Part shown: in pieces, positions 18,783-30,419 of the stretch | Position numbering within the stretch: position 1 is the first letter of the stretch | Layout of the letters: each line of letters begins with the position of its first letter | Assembly (NCBI GenBank): GCA_023437755.1 | Contig: JAEZFJ010000097.1 | Span: forward strand, 1-63,041 | DNA from: Pseudomonadota bacterium | GTDB taxonomy: Bacteria > Pseudomonadota > Alphaproteobacteria > Rhizobiales > Devosiaceae | Direction of reading: 5' to 3' | DNA length: 63,041 nt | Position numbers and translations under genes: made by a program | The notes under the pieces: generated by a model | What the model was told of the DNA's origin: nothing | The model's database searches: none | What the model saw: only the letters and a program-made list of their open reading frames with translations

Positions 18783-21749
18783 TCAGAACCTATTGAACGT
18801 CGCCCCCATGTAAAAGTATCGGCCTACCGCACTCACTGGATAGAACACTCGGCCGATGTCAGGCTCCTGGTCCGTCAGGTTGTTCACTCCGCCGTACACC
18901 GTCACGCCGTTCGCGAGCCCATAGCGCACCTGGACGTCGTGCGTGAAGCGAGCGTCGTACTTGCGATATTCGGGCGCGACGATGTCCGGATTGGCTCGAC
19001 GTTGCTGGAATGTATAGCGGTAGGTCTCATCGATATAGTTGAACCCGTAGTTCACGAGCAGCGTGTTCAGTTGCCACGTGAGATCGAAGTTCATCTGCCA
19101 CTCGGGGCGATCTTCCTCACCGAGCTCCGGGTCCGGCTCGGCGCCGGGCAGGTTGATGAAGGTCAGCTCCTCGAGCTTGTTCCCGATCAAGCTGAAGTTG
19201 AACTCGCCCCATTCGCCCGTTGCGCCGAGCGCCGCCGGATCGAGCCGATAGTTCACGCTGAAGTCGTAGCCTTCCGTTCTGAAATCGGCAACGTTGAGCG
19301 GGCTTTGTACGAAGCTCGCGATGGCGCCCGTACCCGCTCGACGCGTGATCAGGCCGCAAAAATCGTTCTCGAGCGTCGGGGAGTCGACACAGATCTGCGC
19401 GCTCTCTTCTGCCGAGGCAGTGCTGATCGCGTTCGTGAGCTCGATGTCGTACCAATCGATGGAGAGCGAGAAGTTCGGCATGAACCTCGGCCGCAGCACG
19501 AAGCCGACGGTGGTGGTTTCCGCGGTTTCCTCTTCGAGCGCTGGATTACCGCGCGATTCGCCTGCGATAGTCGCTGAGTTCGGGTCGATGAACGTCGTTG
19601 GGTCGACCCCGAGCGAGCTCAGGAGCGCGGCGCAGTTTGCGGCCCGCGTGCTGGATCCTTCATCGAGGTTGTTGATGTCGCAGGGATCGTCGATGCCTTC
19701 GAAGTCCTGTCCACCTGGGTCGAACAACTCATCGATGTTGGGAGCACGGGTCGCTTCCGCGACGGTTGCTCTGAAGGCGATATCGCTGATTGGAGACCAG
19801 ATCAGACCCATCTTCCACGTGGTCGCATTGCCGGTGGTGCTGTAATCGGAGAAACGAACAGCGCCGTCGACCGACAACAGCTCCGCGAACGGTTGCTCTC
19901 GCAGCAAGGGCACGCTCACTTCCGAGAAGATTTCCGCAACATCGTAGCGACCGCCGACCGGCAGCAGGTTGTTGCCGAACGTGAGCGCGAGCGTGTCTTC
20001 GATCGGCGGATTGCTCTCGCTCTTTTCTTCGCGCCACTCTGCGCCCAACGCGAAACCAGGCGCACCGGCTGGAAGCTCGAACCAGTCCGAGGTATCGCCA
20101 GACACATACGCTTGCACGACGTGCTGCTTGATCTTCGAACGATGCAGGCTGTCCGTCATGATCCACGCGGCCGCTTCTTCGGACACTGAGCCATCGCCGA
20201 AGATGTTCACAGGAACGCAGCCGCTGTTCGGCCCCGGTGTGAACGAACCTGCCCATGTACCGGCCAGAGGATCGTACTCGTCCCATCCTTGTTCGATGAG
20301 GTTGTCGGGCACCGCAGTCGGATCCAAGTTAGAACGGCAGACCGGCTGACCCGTCGCGGGATCGATCACCGCATCCAGCGCAGCCGCGAAGCGGTCGTTG
20401 TAGCGGTTGTTCCCGATCTCGTTCGCGATCTTCGACTCGCCGTACACATACGACGCCTCGTAGCGAATGTTGCTCGTCATATCGCCGCCGATGCCAAGGA
20501 CCGAACGAATCGTCTCGCGCTCGATGTCTTCGTCGCGAACGCCGAGGTCGAAGTGATCGCGCGAAACGAACACGCCACCTGCGTTTGCTGCCGTCATGCT
20601 TGCGGCGATGTTGGGCGGCAGGAATGCATTGTCTTCAGGCAGGTACAGGAAGAAATCGAATGTCGGCGAGGACACGCTGAACGATTCGCTCCGCGAGTAC
20701 TTGAGCTCGCCGAAGAGCCGGGCGGCCGGAGAGATCTCGTACGTCACGAACAAGTTGCCGGTGTAGCGATTGAGCTCAGGCAATAGATCTCCGATGTAGC
20801 CAGTGGTCGGCGTGCCGCTGCCCCCTTGCTGATAGAACGGCGGGATGAACGGGATCGTGCCGCCGTCGAACGGCGTGTCGTCGCCGTTCCACATCTCGAA
20901 GAAGTCGCCGTCGACGAACACTGCACCATGCGGCGAGCTGTCGTAGTAGCGCACGTCTCGAATCGGAATCTCGTCTGGAATGCTCGGATCGTCGCTGGCA
21001 TCGTCCGGATTCTCCATGAAGGAGACCGCGCTTGGCGACCGACTGTAAGCGCGCCGCGAAGAAGAGAGTCGCTCCTCGCTCGAATATTCCAAGGCGAATG
21101 TCACGTTGCCGCGGCCGTCGGCAAAGTTCTCGCCGGCCGCAACGCTGAAGATGCGCGCCTGCGCATCGCCGTGTGCCGAGCGGCCGATCTGAGCGCGAGC
21201 GTCCACGCCCTCGAAGTCGCGCTTCATGATGAAGTTGACGACGCCCGAGACACCGTCGGCACCGTAGATTGCCGACGCACCACCGGTTTGAACCTCGATG
21301 CGCTCGACGAGCGCGATCGGAATCGTGTCGACATCTACGGCAGCAGTGCCGGGCAGCGCCGCGACATGCCGTCGGCCATCCACCAATACGAGCGTGCGCT
21401 CGACGCCAAGATTGCGCAGGTCCAACAAGGACAAGCCCGTGCCACCGATGAAGGCATTGCTGCCTGCGGCATCGTTCGCATCCAGAGAGCCGACCAGCGC
21501 CGGCAGCTCTTTCAAGTAGTTCGAAAGATTCGTCGTGCCGGAATTCAGGATGGCTTCCGCGTCGATCGCCACGACCGGATTCGAGAAGGAATCTCCCGGC
21601 CGCCGGATGCGGGAGCTCGTGACGACGATTTCCTCGACAATGTCTTCCTCGATCCCGGCTGCGTCCTGGCCGTAGACCGAGGGCCCGACCACGCAAACAG
21701 GGCCGAGCGCGAACCATGTCAAGAGACGTGCGTCTCGCTTAGAAAACAT
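18783..21749 (-). CDS. TonB-dependent receptor
   Basis: TonB box EEIVVTSSRI; plug LRNLGVERTLVLVDGRR...GGASAIYGADGVSGVVN; terminal Phe. Confidence 0.95.
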   Translation of the reverse strand: MFSKRDARLLTWFALGPVCVVGPSVYGQDAAGIEEDIVEEIVVTSSRIRRPGDSFSNPVVAIDAEAILNSGTTNLSNYLKELPALVGSLDANDAAGSNAFIGGTGLSLLDLRNLGVERTLVLVDGRRHVAALPGTAAVDVDTIPIALVERIEVQTGGASAIYGADGVSGVVNFIMKRDFEGVDARAQIGRSAHGDAQARIFSVAAGENFADGRGNVTFALEYSSEERLSSSRRAYSRSPSAVSFMENPDDASDDPSIPDEIPIRDVRYYDSSPHGAVFVDGDFFEMWNGDDTPFDGGTIPFIPPFYQQGGSGTPTTGYIGDLLPELNRYTGNLFVTYEISPAARLFGELKYSRSESFSVSSPTFDFFLYLPEDNAFLPPNIAASMTAANAGGVFVSRDHFDLGVRDEDIERETIRSVLGIGGDMTSNIRYEASYVYGESKIANEIGNNRYNDRFAAALDAVIDPATGQPVCRSNLDPTAVPDNLIEQGWDEYDPLAGTWAGSFTPGPNSGCVPVNIFGDGSVSEEAAAWIMTDSLHRSKIKQHVVQAYVSGDTSDWFELPAGAPGFALGAEWREEKSESNPPIEDTLALTFGNNLLPVGGRYDVAEIFSEVSVPLLREQPFAELLSVDGAVRFSDYSTTGNATTWKMGLIWSPISDIAFRATVAEATRAPNIDELFDPGGQDFEGIDDPCDINNLDEGSSTRAANCAALLSSLGVDPTTFIDPNSATIAGESRGNPALEEETAETTTVGFVLRPRFMPNFSLSIDWYDIELTNAISTASAEESAQICVDSPTLENDFCGLITRRAGTGAIASFVQSPLNVADFRTEGYDFSVNYRLDPAALGATGEWGEFNFSLIGNKLEELTFINLPGAEPDPELGEEDRPEWQMNFDLTWQLNTLLVNYGFNYIDETYRYTFQQRRANPDIVAPEYRKYDARFTHDVQVRYGLANGVTVYGGVNNLTDQEPDIGRVFYPVSAVGRYFYMGATFNRF

Positions 21750-22522
21750 TCATAACTCCCGATATTCGTTGATTTTTTGCGATGCGTAGAATCGCCCAAA
21801 AGCGAGCGCCTGCGCCATGGGGATTATATGTATACATGGGTGGCGTGCCGCGCTGTTTCTCATGCTTCGGGAAATTCAGGGGACCGCTCATGTGAATCCC
21901 GCACGCTGTGCAACGCCAATAGGCCCGAGTCCTTACGAATGAGTTGCTGGACTGGCGAGACTGCGTGGGTGAGATCGGCGCGCGCGAGCGATCACTCATG
22001 AGAGTCCGTCGATGTCGATGTCCAGGAGCGCCGATGGCGCGAGCATCGATGCGAGGTTGCGGAACACACTCGGTGAGGTCGAGCGGAGTTGCGGTCGAAA
22101 TGCGAACGCGATCCACCGTCCCCACATGCGCGGAAAGTCGAAAGACTTAGATATGCAGTCGCTGGTCATCGGCAGCGCAGGCCCTACACAAAGAACACGG
22201 TGCGATTCTTTGATGCGCATCGTATCCTCGCCCGTTATTATCGAGAGGCGCTTCGCTGAGAGCTCGGATTTCGAGCCGCGGTAAAGCTCGCCTGTGCGGT
22301 GCAGTTGCACCGGGGGAAGTCATCTAGCGCGGATACGGACAACAATATCGCTCGCCTAGTCGCCCGTGTTTGCAGGCGTTCTTCAATTGGTACAGAAGGT
22401 ATGAGAAGGGCACATCGAATAGGAAACATTGGGCGTTTGTGCGTCGGCTTCAGGCGCTACCTTCCGTCGAGCGTGCTCACCCCTGTGTCCCATATCGGCG
22501 CGCTGCGACGGAGCGATGGACG

Positions 22523-25453
22523 ATGTCGCTCGGCCTAATCGTTCTTCTCCCCTTTGTCGGTAGCCTGATCGCAGCGTTCCTGCCCTCGAACGCGCGCAAT
22601 GCCGAGGCGTGGCTTGCGGGTCTCGTTGCAGTCACGTGCAGCGTTCTCGTCGCAAGTTTCTATCCCGAGATCGCTGCCGGCGAAGTCGTCCGCCTGGTCG
22701 TGCCCTGGTTGCCGCAGTTCGGGCTCGAGTTCTACCTGCGCATGGACGGGTACGCCTGGCTGTTTGCAATGCTCGTGACATTCATGGGCGCGCTCGTCGT
22801 GCTCTACGCGCGCTACTACATGTCGCCGGCCGATCCGGTGCCGCGCTTCTTCTCGTTCTTGCTCGCGTTCATGGGCGCCATGGTGGGCATCGTCCTGTCG
22901 GGCAACCTCATTCAGCTCGTCGTCTTCTGGGAGCTGACGAGCCTGACCTCTTTCATGCTCATCGCTTATTGGTATCACCTGAGCGAGGCGCGGCACGGTG
23001 CGCGTACTGCGCTCACCGTGACGGCGATGGGCGGGCTGTGCTTGCTGGGCGGCGTGCTGCTCCTCGGTGAGGTCGCCGGTGGCTACGACCTCGACGACGT
23101 ACTCGCGGCCGGCGATGTGATTCGCGCGCATCCTTGGTACCCCGCGATCCTGATTTTGGTCTTGCTCGGTGCGCTCACGAAGAGCGCGCAATTCCCGTTC
23201 CATTTCTGGCTGCCGCACGCGATGGCGGCGCCGACCCCGGTCTCGGCGTATCTACATTCCGCAACGATGGTGAAAGCCGGTGTGTTCTTGATCGCGCGTC
23301 TGTGGCCGTCGCTGTCGGGGACCGACTTGTGGTTCTGGATCGTCTGCCTCGCTGGAATGTCCTCGCTCTTGATCGGCGGCTTCGCCGCGATCTTCCAGCG
23401 CGACATGAAAGGCGTGCTCGCCTACTCGACGATCAGCCACCTAGGCCTGATCACGCTGCTTCTCGGAATGAACAGCCCGCTCGCGCTCGTCGCAGCCGTG
23501 TTTCACATGCTGAATCACGCGACATTCAAGGCCTCGTTGTTCATGGCCGCAGGGATCGTCGATCACGGTACGGGCACTCGCGATCTGCAGAGATTGAGCG
23601 GCTTGGGTCACGCGATGCCAATCACCGCGACGCTCGCGACGGTCGCGGCTGCGGCGATGGCCGGCGTGCCGCTGCTGAACGGGTTCCTGTCGAAAGAGAT
23701 GTTCTTCGCCGAAACCGTGTTTGCGGGGGAGGGGCCGATCGTCCGCATCGCTCTGCCAGCGATGGCAACGCTCGCAGGGATGTTCAGCGTCGCGTATTCC
23801 TTACGCCTTATTCATCAGGTCTTCTTCGGTCCGAGTGCTGAGGATCTGCCGCGCGCGCCGCATGAGCCGACAAGGGGCATGCTGCTGCCCAGCGCATTGC
23901 TCGTGCTCGCGTGTTTGCTGGTCGGGATCTTCCCGGCACGTACGGTCGGTCCCGTTCTCGAGATGGCAACCGGGGCCATACTCGGTGATGCCCTGCCAGA
24001 GTACAGCCTCGCACTTTGGCATGGGTTCACGCTTCCGTTGTTCATGAGCATGCTCGCGTCCGCGGGCGGACTTGCGATCTACGTGCTGTTGTATCTCTAT
24101 CGCCGCTCGCATCGCCGTACACCGTTCCTTTCGCGACTCGACGGCCGTCGCACGTTCGATGTTCTGATGATCCGCCTGATTCGAGTGGCTGGCATCGTGA
24201 AGCGGCTGATGTCCTCGCGCCGCTTACAGGTGCAACTCGTCAACATCGTGTGCATCACGATTGGCGCTGCCTTGCTCGGTGTGTACGCGGGGGGCGTCGA
24301 GTGGGGTGAGGTTACGATCTCGCGCGTCGATCCGATCTTCGCGCTGCTCTGGGCCGTTGGCGCGGCCTGTGCGATCGGAGCGGCGCACCAAGCGAAGTAT
24401 CACCGGCTCGCCGCGTTGATCATGGTCGGCGGCACGGGTCTGCTCACCTGCCTGACTTTCGCCTGGTTCTCGGCTCCGGACTTGGCGCTGACTCAAATCA
24501 CAGTCGAGGTCGTGACGGTGGTGTTGATCCTGCTTGGATTGCGCTGGTTGCCGCGACGTATCGAGATGGACGACCCGCGCCGAAGAACGTTGCGCGCCAA
24601 GGCGCGGCGTCTGCGCGATGGCATCATTGCGGTGATCGCCGGCCTCAGCATGGCGAGCCTCGTGTTTGCGGTGCTCACGCGACCGCGCATGCTCGATCTA
24701 TCTTCGTTCTTCGTAGAGCACTCGTTACCGCAAGCAGGCGGCGGCAACGTCGTCAACGTGATTCTCGTCGACTTTCGTGCTTTCGATACGTTCGGCGAGA
24801 TCACGGTCGTGGGGATCGTCGCATTGACTGTGTACGCGCTGCTTCGCCGCTTTCGCCCCGCGACCGAGAGCATCGATCTGCCCCGCGCGCAACGCGAGGA
24901 TCTCGAGCGTCGCTCGCAGCTCGCAGCGGATCCGAATGAGGTGCTACCTGCAGGCTTCATGATGGTGCCCGCGGTTCTCGTGCGCCTGCTGCTGCCGATG
25001 GCCGGGCTCGTTTCGGTGTTTTTCCTCCTGCGCGGACACAATTTACCAGGCGGCGGCTTCATCGGCGGGCTAGTGCTCGCGACGGCAGTGATCGTGCAGT
25101 ACATGGTTGGCGGGGCGCTTTGGGTCGAGGCACGCACGCGAATCCAGCCGCTGTATTGGATCTCGATCGGATTGTTGGCGGCCGGAACGGCTGGCGTGGC
25201 GGCATGGTTTGCGGGTCGCACGTTCCTGACGAGCTTGACCTACGACCTGCATCTGCCGCTCATCGGCGAGGTGCACCTGTCTTCGACTCTCTGGTTCGAT
25301 ATTGGCGTGTACATGCTCGTGGTCGGTGCCACCGTGCTGATGCTGGTGGCGCTCGCGCACCAATCGTTGCGTAGCTATCGACGCCCTGCATCGACGCCTC
25401 ACGCAGGCGGGCTCAACGTCGAAGCTACGGCAACAGCGGAGGTGGATCGCTGA
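22523..25453 (+). CDS. phaA: Mrp/Pha cation:H+ antiporter fused subunit AB
   Basis: [54 protein letters not shown]. Confidence 0.95.
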   Translation: MSLGLIVLLPFVGSLIAAFLPSNARNAEAWLAGLVAVTCSVLVASFYPEIAAGEVVRLVVPWLPQFGLEFYLRMDGYAWLFAMLVTFMGALVVLYARYYMSPADPVPRFFSFLLAFMGAMVGIVLSGNLIQLVVFWELTSLTSFMLIAYWYHLSEARHGARTALTVTAMGGLCLLGGVLLLGEVAGGYDLDDVLAAGDVIRAHPWYPAILILVLLGALTKSAQFPFHFWLPHAMAAPTPVSAYLHSATMVKAGVFLIARLWPSLSGTDLWFWIVCLAGMSSLLIGGFAAIFQRDMKGVLAYSTISHLGLITLLLGMNSPLALVAAVFHMLNHATFKASLFMAAGIVDHGTGTRDLQRLSGLGHAMPITATLATVAAAAMAGVPLLNGFLSKEMFFAETVFAGEGPIVRIALPAMATLAGMFSVAYSLRLIHQVFFGPSAEDLPRAPHEPTRGMLLPSALLVLACLLVGIFPARTVGPVLEMATGAILGDALPEYSLALWHGFTLPLFMSMLASAGGLAIYVLLYLYRRSHRRTPFLSRLDGRRTFDVLMIRLIRVAGIVKRLMSSRRLQVQLVNIVCITIGAALLGVYAGGVEWGEVTISRVDPIFALLWAVGAACAIGAAHQAKYHRLAALIMVGGTGLLTCLTFAWFSAPDLALTQITVEVVTVVLILLGLRWLPRRIEMDDPRRRTLRAKARRLRDGIIAVIAGLSMASLVFAVLTRPRMLDLSSFFVEHSLPQAGGGNVVNVILVDFRAFDTFGEITVVGIVALTVYALLRRFRPATESIDLPRAQREDLERRSQLAADPNEVLPAGFMMVPAVLVRLLLPMAGLVSVFFLLRGHNLPGGGFIGGLVLATAVIVQYMVGGALWVEARTRIQPLYWISIGLLAAGTAGVAAWFAGRTFLTSLTYDLHLPLIGEVHLSSTLWFDIGVYMLVVGATVLMLVALAHQSLRSYRRPASTPHAGGLNVEATATAEVDR

Positions 25454-25797
25454 TGGAAATCATCTTCGCACTCGCCATCGGCATCTTGAGCGGCTCGGGC
25501 GTATGGCTGCTGCTGCGTCCGCGAACATTCCAAGTGATCATGGGCCTGGCGCTCTTGTCGTATGCGATCAATCTGTTCATCTTTGCGATGGGCCGGCTCG
25601 CGATCGATCGCGCCCCGATTCTCAATCCTGGCGATCCCGCCCAGGCGGCTAACTACGCTGACCCCGTGCCGCAAGCTCTCGTGTTGACTGCCATCGTCAT
25701 CAGCTTTGCGACGACCGCCCTGTTGCTCGTCGTGATCATCGCGGCCCGCGGCCTCACCGGCACCGACCACGTCGATGGTCGTGAGGGCGACACATGA
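25453..25797 (+). CDS. phaC: Mrp/Pha antiporter subunit C
   Basis: DPVPQALVLTAIVISF. Confidence 0.95.
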   Translation: MEIIFALAIGILSGSGVWLLLRPRTFQVIMGLALLSYAINLFIFAMGRLAIDRAPILNPGDPAQAANYADPVPQALVLTAIVISFATTALLLVVIIAARGLTGTDHVDGREGDT

Positions 25798-27446
25798 ACA
25801 TGTGGCTCGAGCATCTGCCGGTCGTGCCGGTGATCGCGCCGCTGTTTGCCGGGGCAATCATGTTGCTGGTGCCGGAGTCGCGCCGCTCGCGCGCCGGGCT
25901 TGCGGTCGCCGCTGTGCTCACTCAGCTCGCGACTGCACTCGTGTTGCTGTATCTGACGACGGATGCGGTCCTCGAAATTTGGCCGCAAGGCATCGGCGTG
26001 TATTCGATCGGGAAGTGGCCGGCGCCCTTCGGCATCGTGCTTGTCGTCGATCGATTGGCCGCGCTCATGCTGGTGCTCACTGCGACGGTTGCTTTGGCCG
26101 CGCTCGTCTATTCGCTGGCACGCTGGGATCGCGTCGGCGTGAACTTCCACCCGCTGTTCCAATTGCTGTTGATGGGCTTGAACGGCGCGTTTCTCACGGG
26201 CGATCTGTTCAATCTATTCGTCTTCGTGGAAGTGCTGCTCGCTGCGTCCTACGGATTGTTGTTGCATGGTTCCGGTGCACCCCGCGTGAAAGCCGGCATG
26301 CACTACATCATCGTCAACTTGGTCGCATCGCTCCTGTTCTTGATCGGAGTCGCACTCGTGTACGGTGTGGCGGGAACGCTGAACATGGCGGATCTCGGCC
26401 CGCGCGTGGCGCAGCTTGCGCCGAATGATCGTGGGCTCTTCGATATTGGGGCGACCATTTTGGGTCTTGCATTCTTGATCAAGGCGGCTGTTTGGCCGCT
26501 CAACTTCTGGTTGCCGGTCGCCTACTCGGCCGCTGCCGCTCCCGTCGCGGCCGTGTTCTCGCTGCTCACGAAAGTCGGTGTGTACGCGATCATCCGCGTC
26601 GGCTCGCTGCTCAATGAGTCGGGTGTGCATGGACCGTTCGGAAGCGATTGGCTGTTCGCCGGCGGCATCGCAACCATCGTGTTCGGTATCGTCGGGATGC
26701 TCGCAGCACAGCAACTCGCGCGTTTGGTGGCTTTCTCTGTGATCGTGTCGTCCGGCACATTGCTTGCCTCGGCGGGCCTCAATCCGGACGCGATGACGGC
26801 GCCGGCTCTGTTCTATCTGGTGAGCTCCGTGCTCGCGAGTGGAGCGTTCTTCATGGTCACGGGCATGACCGAACGCACGCGCACGCACTTCTTCGAAAGC
26901 TCCGATCAAGCACCGATCCCTGCGGCGTCCTATTCCGCGTTCGGAATGGAGGATTCGCACGATCCTCTGGACGTCGAGGATGAGGTCGGCATCGCAATCC
27001 CCGCCGCGATGGCGTTTCTTGGATTGACATTCGTCCTCTGTGCGCTGCTCGTGGCCGGGTTGCCGCCCCTTTCGGGATTCGTCTCGAAGTTCGCGATGCT
27101 GTCTGCCGCAGTACAGGTCGCGCCCGGCGCAGAACATCCTGTGCAGTCGTGGATCTTCGTTGCAGCGATGTTGGGGACGGGGTTGGCAGCAATCATTGCC
27201 CTGACCCGCATCGGCACGCGCCTCTTCTGGAGCGTCGTTGGCCGCACCACACCGCGATTGCGCGTCATCGAGGCTGCGCCGGTCGCGCTGTTACTCGTTG
27301 TTTGCATTGGACTCACGATCGCCGCCGAGCCGGTCATGACGTTCATGCAGGCTGCGGCGCAAGGACTGAGCTCGCCACAGACGTACATCGAGGCCGTGCT
27401 ATCGGTAGATCCCAACGCTGTTGCTGCCGCAGGAGATGCCCCATGA
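25794..27446 (+). CDS. phaD: Mrp/Pha antiporter subunit D
   Basis: GKWPAPFGIVLVVDRL; TGDLFNLFVFVEV; GLPPLSGF. Confidence 0.95.
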   Translation: MNMWLEHLPVVPVIAPLFAGAIMLLVPESRRSRAGLAVAAVLTQLATALVLLYLTTDAVLEIWPQGIGVYSIGKWPAPFGIVLVVDRLAALMLVLTATVALAALVYSLARWDRVGVNFHPLFQLLLMGLNGAFLTGDLFNLFVFVEVLLAASYGLLLHGSGAPRVKAGMHYIIVNLVASLLFLIGVALVYGVAGTLNMADLGPRVAQLAPNDRGLFDIGATILGLAFLIKAAVWPLNFWLPVAYSAAAAPVAAVFSLLTKVGVYAIIRVGSLLNESGVHGPFGSDWLFAGGIATIVFGIVGMLAAQQLARLVAFSVIVSSGTLLASAGLNPDAMTAPALFYLVSSVLASGAFFMVTGMTERTRTHFFESSDQAPIPAASYSAFGMEDSHDPLDVEDEVGIAIPAAMAFLGLTFVLCALLVAGLPPLSGFVSKFAMLSAAVQVAPGAEHPVQSWIFVAAMLGTGLAAIIALTRIGTRLFWSVVGRTTPRLRVIEAAPVALLLVVCIGLTIAAEPVMTFMQAAAQGLSSPQTYIEAVLSVDPNAVAAAGDAP

Positions 27447-27928
27447 GACGCGTGCCGCCTGTATTTCTATGCGTCCTCGTCGTCATGTGGCTGCTGCTGA
27501 ACAATACTGTTTCGCTTGGGCACGTCCTGCTCGGTCTCGTGATCTCCTCGTTGCTGTTGCTCGCGGCGTTCGCATTGCGACCGCTGCAACCGAAATTCCG
27601 CAACGGGCTCAAGCTGATCGTGCTGATCGCGCACGTGTTCGTGGATATCGTGCGTTCGAACATCGGCGTGGCGCGGGTGATCCTGGGTCTCGCGGGGGAG
27701 CGCGACATCCGTTCTGGATTCATGAAGATCCCTCTGGATATGCGTGATCCTCATGGTCTTGCCGGGCTCGCCATGATCATCACCGCCACGCCCGGTACCG
27801 TATGGGTTGAGCTGAGCCACGACCAAACGACCCTGACGATTCACGTACTCGATCTGGTGGATGAGTCCGAATGGATCCACCGCATCAAAGATCGCTATGA
27901 GCGCCCGCTCATGGAGGTGTTCGAATGA
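27443..27928 (+). CDS. phaE: Mrp/Pha antiporter subunit E
   Basis: ATGA overlap with phaD; ITATPGT; IKDRYERPLMEVFE. Confidence 0.92.
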   Translation: MRRVPPVFLCVLVVMWLLLNNTVSLGHVLLGLVISSLLLLAAFALRPLQPKFRNGLKLIVLIAHVFVDIVRSNIGVARVILGLAGERDIRSGFMKIPLDMRDPHGLAGLAMIITATPGTVWVELSHDQTTLTIHVLDLVDESEWIHRIKDRYERPLMEVFE

Positions 27929-28206
27929 ATGCAATACTCGATGGGTCGATCTGGTTCGCACAGGCCTGTTTTGCGATCGCGACGGCGTTCGCGGCCATGC
28001 GCGTGATCCGCGGCCCGGGTGCACAGGATCGCGTCCTCGCGTTCGATGCGATGTATATCAACGGAATGTTGAGCTTGCTGATGCTCGGCATGCGCTCGAG
28101 CTCTACGGCCTATTTCGATATGGCCCTTCTGATCGCGCTGTTCGGTTTCGTTGGTACGATCGCATTGGCGAAGTTCCTGCTGCGCGGCGAGGTGATCGAG
28201 CCATGA
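27925..28206 (+). CDS. phaF: Mrp/Pha antiporter subunit F
   Basis: RGPGAQDRVLAFD; AKFLLRGEVIE. Confidence 0.93.
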   Translation: MNAILDGSIWFAQACFAIATAFAAMRVIRGPGAQDRVLAFDAMYINGMLSLLMLGMRSSSTAYFDMALLIALFGFVGTIALAKFLLRGEVIEP

Positions 28207-28589
28207 CCGCCTTCGAGTTCCCGGCATGGGCGGTGCTTCCGGCCTCCTTGCTGCTGATCATCGGTGGGTTGCTGACGGTGATCGGCGCAATCGGTCTGCT
28301 GCGGCTACCGGCATTCTTCATGCGTATGCATGCGCCCTCGATGGGAAACACGCTCGGTGCCGGATGCGTGCTCATCGCCTCGATGATCTTGTCGTCTGCG
28401 CTCGTGGGTCATCCCGTCGCGCACGAGATCTTGATCACGGTCTTCATCGTCGTGACGTCTCCCGTCACCGCGATGCTCGTGATGCGAGCCGCGATTTATC
28501 GCACGCGAGTGAATGAAGAGCGTCGGCGCAGGCAGGAACAGCTCACGCCTCGCGACGATGCAGCCGCGAGCGACACGTCGGCGAGCTGA
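28203..28589 (+). CDS. phaG: Mrp/Pha antiporter subunit G
   Basis: ATGA overlap with phaF; GAIGLLRLPAFFMRMHAP; TSPV. Confidence 0.92.
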   Translation: MTAFEFPAWAVLPASLLLIIGGLLTVIGAIGLLRLPAFFMRMHAPSMGNTLGAGCVLIASMILSSALVGHPVAHEILITVFIVVTSPVTAMLVMRAAIYRTRVNEERRRRQEQLTPRDDAAASDTSAS

Positions 28590-28611
28590 CGACAATCTGA
28601 GCTGATTGCAG

Positions 28612-29745
28612 TCAGGTCAAGAGGCCCGCGAGGATCAGCAGGGTCACGAAGAGCGAGACGATCACAACGATAAAGATGCACAGCAAGAAGAGGCGCAGGA
28701 ACGCCCCGGCTCGCGATAAGCCGTACGTCCCGCGCAGTTGCTTATAAATGTGTATCGGCGGGATGAAGATGAGCGCGGGCGCCCAGATCGCGGTTGGTAC
28801 GCCGAACGATGACGCCAATGACACGAGCAGCATCAACAGCATCATGAAGCTGATGGAGTAGGTCGTGAAGATGGCGTGATCGTAGACATGAATGTCGCGA
28901 CGCCAGAAGAACATCAGCCACAAGAACGGAACGCTGAGCGGGATCAATGCCCACGAGAACTTGTACGCGTTCGTCTTGAGCTTGTAGAGCAGCAGCTCCG
29001 GATTGTCCTTGACGTGTTGAATGGCGCTGAAGAGCCGGCTGCCAGGTTTGGGCCACGTCGTGTTGGCGTTGGCCTCGGTGCCTTCGGCCCGTGCATCTTG
29101 CTCCTGATCGATCTCCGCAATGCGCGCGAAGTCGCCTTTCGCAAGGGCTTCCATCACGTCCCTTGCAGACTCGAGATCCGCAAGCTCGGTCTTGAGCTTA
29201 GGGATGGAGTCGGCAGGGGTATTCGGATCGTTCAATTGCGCCTGCACGCGCTCGATGCTCTCGTTGGTTCGTTCGAGCGCCGACTGGTTTCCTTCTTGCC
29301 ATTCGGAGCGCACGTTCAAAGGATCGTCGGGAACATCGACATTCAGGGCGCCCGTCAGGGAGAACACGGCGAACATCAAGAAGACCGTGAAGAGGAACAG
29401 GGCCATCGGCGAGACGAACTTCGCACGCTCGCCATTGATGTAGCGACGAGTGAGCCTGCCCGGATGGAAGAATAACTCCGGCAAGGTGCGCCAGATCTTG
29501 CCCTCGAAATGAAAGACGCCGTGCAGGATCTCGTGACCGAGCGATGCGAGGCTGCGATGCAAGTGCGCGGCTTGACCGCAATTCGCGCAATAGGCGCCGG
29601 TCAGCGCAGCGCCACAATTCGGACATGCGGCGTGCTTCTGCTCGCGAGCTTCTGCATCCGTCGGCGCACCTGTAGCGGGCTCCACCGCGCGCCCGACGAG
29701 CGCACCCGTCAACACATCACCGGCTGCTTCGGTTTCTCCACTCAT
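28612..29745 (-). CDS. DUF3667 zinc-ribbon membrane protein
   Basis: CPNCG...YCANCGQ; PGRLTRRYINGERAKFVSP; C-terminal TMs. Confidence 0.88.
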   Translation of the reverse strand: MSGETEAAGDVLTGALVGRAVEPATGAPTDAEAREQKHAACPNCGAALTGAYCANCGQAAHLHRSLASLGHEILHGVFHFEGKIWRTLPELFFHPGRLTRRYINGERAKFVSPMALFLFTVFLMFAVFSLTGALNVDVPDDPLNVRSEWQEGNQSALERTNESIERVQAQLNDPNTPADSIPKLKTELADLESARDVMEALAKGDFARIAEIDQEQDARAEGTEANANTTWPKPGSRLFSAIQHVKDNPELLLYKLKTNAYKFSWALIPLSVPFLWLMFFWRRDIHVYDHAIFTTYSISFMMLLMLLVSLASSFGVPTAIWAPALIFIPPIHIYKQLRGTYGLSRAGAFLRLFLLCIFIVVIVSLFVTLLILAGLLT

Positions 29746-29809
29746 GGATGCAGCATAGCACTGCCGCAGAGCGCTCTCCGAGGCAGGTCAGTGCCATCTG
29801 AACGAAGGC

Positions 29810-29925
29810 GGGGACTGCCACCCGGACTTGTTTCAGGACCGGTCGTGAATACATCCCTTGTAGACCTGCTACGAAAACGATCCCTGTTTTCGAAGCTCCT
29901 GAAACAAGTCCGGGTGACAGTCCCC
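29810..29925. repeat. 116-bp MITE/REPIN-like hairpin with 29-bp arms
   Basis: ggggactgccacccggacttgtttcagga ... tcctgaaacaagtccgggtgacagtcccc, 1 mismatch. Confidence 0.85.
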
Positions 29926-29996
29926 TTGGCGCTTGACGCAGCCGTTGTGGCGCCACTAACGACGCGTATTCCGATCTCTCGCCTTCCGCGATGGAA

Positions 29997-30419
29997 TCAA
30001 AGCGGCTGATTGAATGCCCACAGCACGCCGAACGGGTCGCGCACCTGTCCGTAACGAGCGCCCCAGAACATTTCTTGCAGTGGCAAGACGACTTCGCAAC
30101 CTGCGGCGACCGCGCGTTCCCACCACACGTCAATGTTCCCGACCTGCAGGTTCAAGTTGAATGCTTGAGGGGTTTGGAGCGGGTGACCGTAGTCCGGATA
30201 TGGATCGCAGAGCATGAGAGAGCCATCGTTGACGTAGAGGTGGATATGCATCGTGCGCCCTTGCTCGTCGACGGGTACGCGATAAACCTCCGTGCCGCCG
30301 AACGCCCGCTGATAGAACGCGGACGCCTCCGATGCGTTGCTGACTTGCAGATACGGTACGACGCCTCCGCGCACTTCAGGCATCGCAGGGGTGGCAGGTC
30401 GGTCGGTTGCCGCTTTCAT
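29997..30419 (-). CDS. VOC/glyoxalase (PhnB-like) protein
   Basis: VVPYL; AFYQRAFG; MFWGARYGQVRDPFGVLW. Confidence 0.9.
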   Translation of the reverse strand: MKAATDRPATPAMPEVRGGVVPYLQVSNASEASAFYQRAFGGTEVYRVPVDEQGRTMHIHLYVNDGSLMLCDPYPDYGHPLQTPQAFNLNLQVGNIDVWWERAVAAGCEVVLPLQEMFWGARYGQVRDPFGVLWAFNQPL

